DNA from: Candidatus Zambryskiibacteriota bacterium
Lineage (GTDB): Bacteria > Patescibacteriota > Minisyncoccia > Phycocordibacterales > DATGWK01
Direction of reading: 5' to 3'
Assembly (NCBI GenBank): GCA_023264565.1
Contig: JAHFLV010000006.1
Coordinates: 1-37,717, forward strand
DNA: 37,717 bases
Part shown: one piece after another, positions 35,739-37,717 of the stretch
Position numbering within the stretch: the stretch's first letter is position 1
Layout: the number at the start of each line of letters is the position of its first letter
Notes under the pieces: generated by a model
Database searches by the model: none
What the model was told of the DNA's origin: nothing
What the model saw: only the letters and a program-made list of their open reading frames with translations
Position numbers and translations under genes: made by a program

Positions 35739-37139
35739 TTAAATTTCTATGATATTAGGGCGAACAATAACTCTTGTATCTGCATCACAACTACCAGACG
35801 CACCACCAGAAACACTGTCTAACACAGTCACATCGACATGTTTTGGTCCAAGAATACTGTATGTCTTGTCGACGGTAGTCTGTGAAGCGCTTGAGTTTAC
35901 AACCACAGGATGAGTGGTGTCGCCATCGAATATATACGTATAGACATATGGAGGAGTACCCGACGGACTAATAGTTACTTTCCAAGTTGCTGGCTGATTG
36001 ATATAGACAGGGTTTGGAGTAACTGAACATGAGGCACCGAGGTCGGTTGTTGGTGGCGGAACCGGAGCAGGATCAACAAAGACTTCTGCCGAGCCAATAG
36101 AAGAGAGGGTTCCGTAGGTTACTTCTGCTTGTGGGTGGAAATAAGTATTTTCTTGGGAGTATGAACAACCAGTGTATGTATTGCTTGATTGAGGAGCTGA
36201 CCATGTACCGCTGTAATCACATTTAAATCTATATGAAGGAGTTGGGGCAGGCTGCGCAAGCTGACGCTGCGCTTCAAAGCTCAACTGGTATGAAACCGCC
36301 AAAGTTGGAGTAAGAGTAGCTCGTCCATGAGTAGGATTTGCGGTCAAAGTAGTAATGAGGTTTTGAGCATTGCAAGTTCGAACACCGTTTCCTGACGCTT
36401 GATCCCACTTAAGCCAACCAATAACCGGTCCGCCCCATGAGTACCCAGAAAGATTTTTAACCCCACCGGCATTTGAAGCCTTCACTCCATATGAGCTTCC
36501 TACAGCAACACCATTACCAACCAAACTAATCCAGCCGTCCCAACCATCGCTTCGAGCAGTCATAGACGAACAATCGTTATTTACAGTACCAGAACATGCT
36601 CGTGCCCAACCCTGCAGACTTCCATTACTCTGTATTCTTGCATTTGAACTGCTGTTTCCAGAAGTACTTGGCATACCGGTCAAACTACCGAACTTAATCC
36701 AACCCAAATTACCACTCCAGGCGTATCCAGTGAGATCGTTTCGAGCAGAGATATTTACACCATATGTACCAGTGAATCCAACAGGACATCCTGGTCGAGC
36801 CGCGGCTTCTGCAGAAGAAATACTGCCGCTTCCATCAGTGTCGCAGTCTTTACTATTGAAACTAACCCAGCCTGCACCCATTTTTGGTGTTGGAAGCTCG
36901 TTTGTTGCACCCCAAGCAAAACCGCAGAGTTCGGTTGCTGAACCACCACCTGAAAGATCTCCAACAACCCCACCTATTGTGACACCACCGACAGGGGAAA
37001 TACCTCCGGTAGAACCAGTTGCACCAAACACCTTTTCAGAAGCGTGAGAGAAAAGCAGACTCACACCAACTAAAGAAAGAGAGAATACAAACGCTACTAC
37101 TGTTTTTTTACCTCCGAAAGATCCAAAAAGTGCTTTCAT
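35739..37139 (-). CDS. Secreted surface protein with G(F/Y)AW..GW repeats and PKD/Ig-like domains
   Basis: GFAWG..GWVSF, GYAWSGNLGWIKF, GWAR..GWDGWISL, GYSWGGPVIGWL; YIFDGD...KTYS..G. Confidence 0.8.
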   Translation of the reverse strand: MKALFGSFGGKKTVVAFVFSLSLVGVSLLFSHASEKVFGATGSTGGISPVGGVTIGGVVGDLSGGGSATELCGFAWGATNELPTPKMGAGWVSFNSKDCDTDGSGSISSAEAAARPGCPVGFTGTYGVNISARNDLTGYAWSGNLGWIKFGSLTGMPSTSGNSSSNARIQSNGSLQGWARACSGTVNNDCSSMTARSDGWDGWISLVGNGVAVGSSYGVKASNAGGVKNLSGYSWGGPVIGWLKWDQASGNGVRTCNAQNLITTLTANPTHGRATLTPTLAVSYQLSFEAQRQLAQPAPTPSYRFKCDYSGTWSAPQSSNTYTGCSYSQENTYFHPQAEVTYGTLSSIGSAEVFVDPAPVPPPTTDLGASCSVTPNPVYINQPATWKVTISPSGTPPYVYTYIFDGDTTHPVVVNSSASQTTVDKTYSILGPKHVDVTVLDSVSGGASGSCDADTRVIVRPNIIEI

Positions 37140-37299
37140 TTAAAAAAATTTAAAAATTAAAGGTGTTTGTTAATAGAATATACAGAAAAGACACTTTGTC
37201 TTTTAACTCATAAAAGTTTAACACACAACATTTCTTTAAAAATTATTTTCTTCTATATTATGTGGATAGGATCGTGCGCACATACAGTTTTATACCCAT

Positions 37300-37368
37300 T
37301 GGACAAAGTCCGGATAATCATCTATAATTGGAAAGTAGTAAGTTCGCCCTTGGGCGGGCTATTTTTTT
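37300..37368 (+). promoter_or_regulatory. nusA promoter and leader terminator (attenuator)
   Basis: TGGACA-17-TATAAT (37300-37328); hairpin AGTTCGCC cttg GGCGGGCT plus ATTTTTTT. Confidence 0.7.
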
Positions 37369-37390
37369 ACCAAAAATTAAGAGCAAAACC

Positions 37391-37717
37391 ATGTTAGACC
37401 TTAAAATAATCAACTCTGTACTCGAGCAGCTCGAACAGGAACGCGGCATCGCCCGCGAAAAAGTCGTCGAAGCTATCGAAATGGCTCTCGCGACCGCATA
37501 TAAAAAAGAATATGGCCAGAAGGGTCAGATTGTTCATGCTAAATTCGATATCAACTCCGGAAAAACAGAATTTTCACAGGTAAAGGTTGTTGTTGATGAA
37601 TCAACCGTGGTTTTTGATCCTGAAGACGAAACACAGAGCATGACTACCGAAAATGCTGCCGGTGAAACCGTCGAAAAGGATATTTTCAATCCAGAACATC
37701 ATATTTTGCTCGCTGAT
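37391..37717 (+). CDS. nusA: Transcription termination/antitermination factor NusA (5' part, truncated by window)
   Basis: Manual translation MLDLKIINSVLEQLEQERGIAREKVVEAIEMALATAYKKEYG matches the NusA N-terminus; not in ORF track because it has no stop in the window. Confidence 0.88.
   Translation, partial: MLDLKIINSVLEQLEQERGIAREKVVEAIEMALATAYKKEYGQKGQIVHAKFDINSGKTEFSQVKVVVDESTVVFDPEDETQSMTTENAAGETVEKDIFNPEHHILLAD

Noticed and set aside
37168..37320. DnaA-box-like 9-mers (TGTGGATAG 37261, TTATACCCA 37290) suggesting oriC
   Set aside because: Only two one-mismatch boxes, no dnaA/dnaN nearby; insufficient support.
1..37717. Alternative genetic code (TGA=Gly, code 25)
   Set aside because: Long core genes are uninterrupted in code 11 and TGA ends genes just before terminators.
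1..37717. CRISPR array, rRNA, tRNA or IS elements
   Set aside because: No regularly spaced repeats, RNA gene signatures or transposase ORFs found by eye.

Overview
Core-genome segment of a small-genome bacterium, most likely CPR/Patescibacteria (Parcubacteria-like). This is inferred from the fused str-S10-spc cluster, Lys/Ala-rich r-protein tails, AT-rich SD-less leaders, split ComEC and CPR-type pilus/adhesin genes; the ORFs read in standard code 11. The minus strand carries rpsL-rpsG-fusA-(insert)-tuf-rpsJ-rplC-D-W-B-(insert)-rpsS-rplV-rpsC-rplP-rpmC-rpsQ-rplN-X-E. Further along are a site-2 protease, rpmB, a ComEC MBL domain, sod, a ComEC membrane domain, rnhA, recJ, HIT, pgk, tpiA, a type IV pilus/T2SS cluster, adhesin-like genes and the 5' end of nusA. 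The most striking feature is a set of eight dispersed single-gene orphan modules placed between core genes, including inside the str and S10 operons. All eight have a strong Shine-Dalgarno and an intrinsic terminator (often a CCCGC stem). Most have their own sigma70 promoter, two have a boxA-like motif, and 6/8 end in TGA. Host genes checked are SD-less or leaderless and only 1/37 ends in TGA. Most modules encode secreted/membrane or Cys-rich proteins, including a paralogous pair and a stand-alone anti-sigma-type zinc finger. There are also candidate attenuators upstream of rpsS and nusA and a three-way-junction RNA between rpsG and fusA. No tRNA, rRNA, CRISPR, integrase or transposase was recognised.
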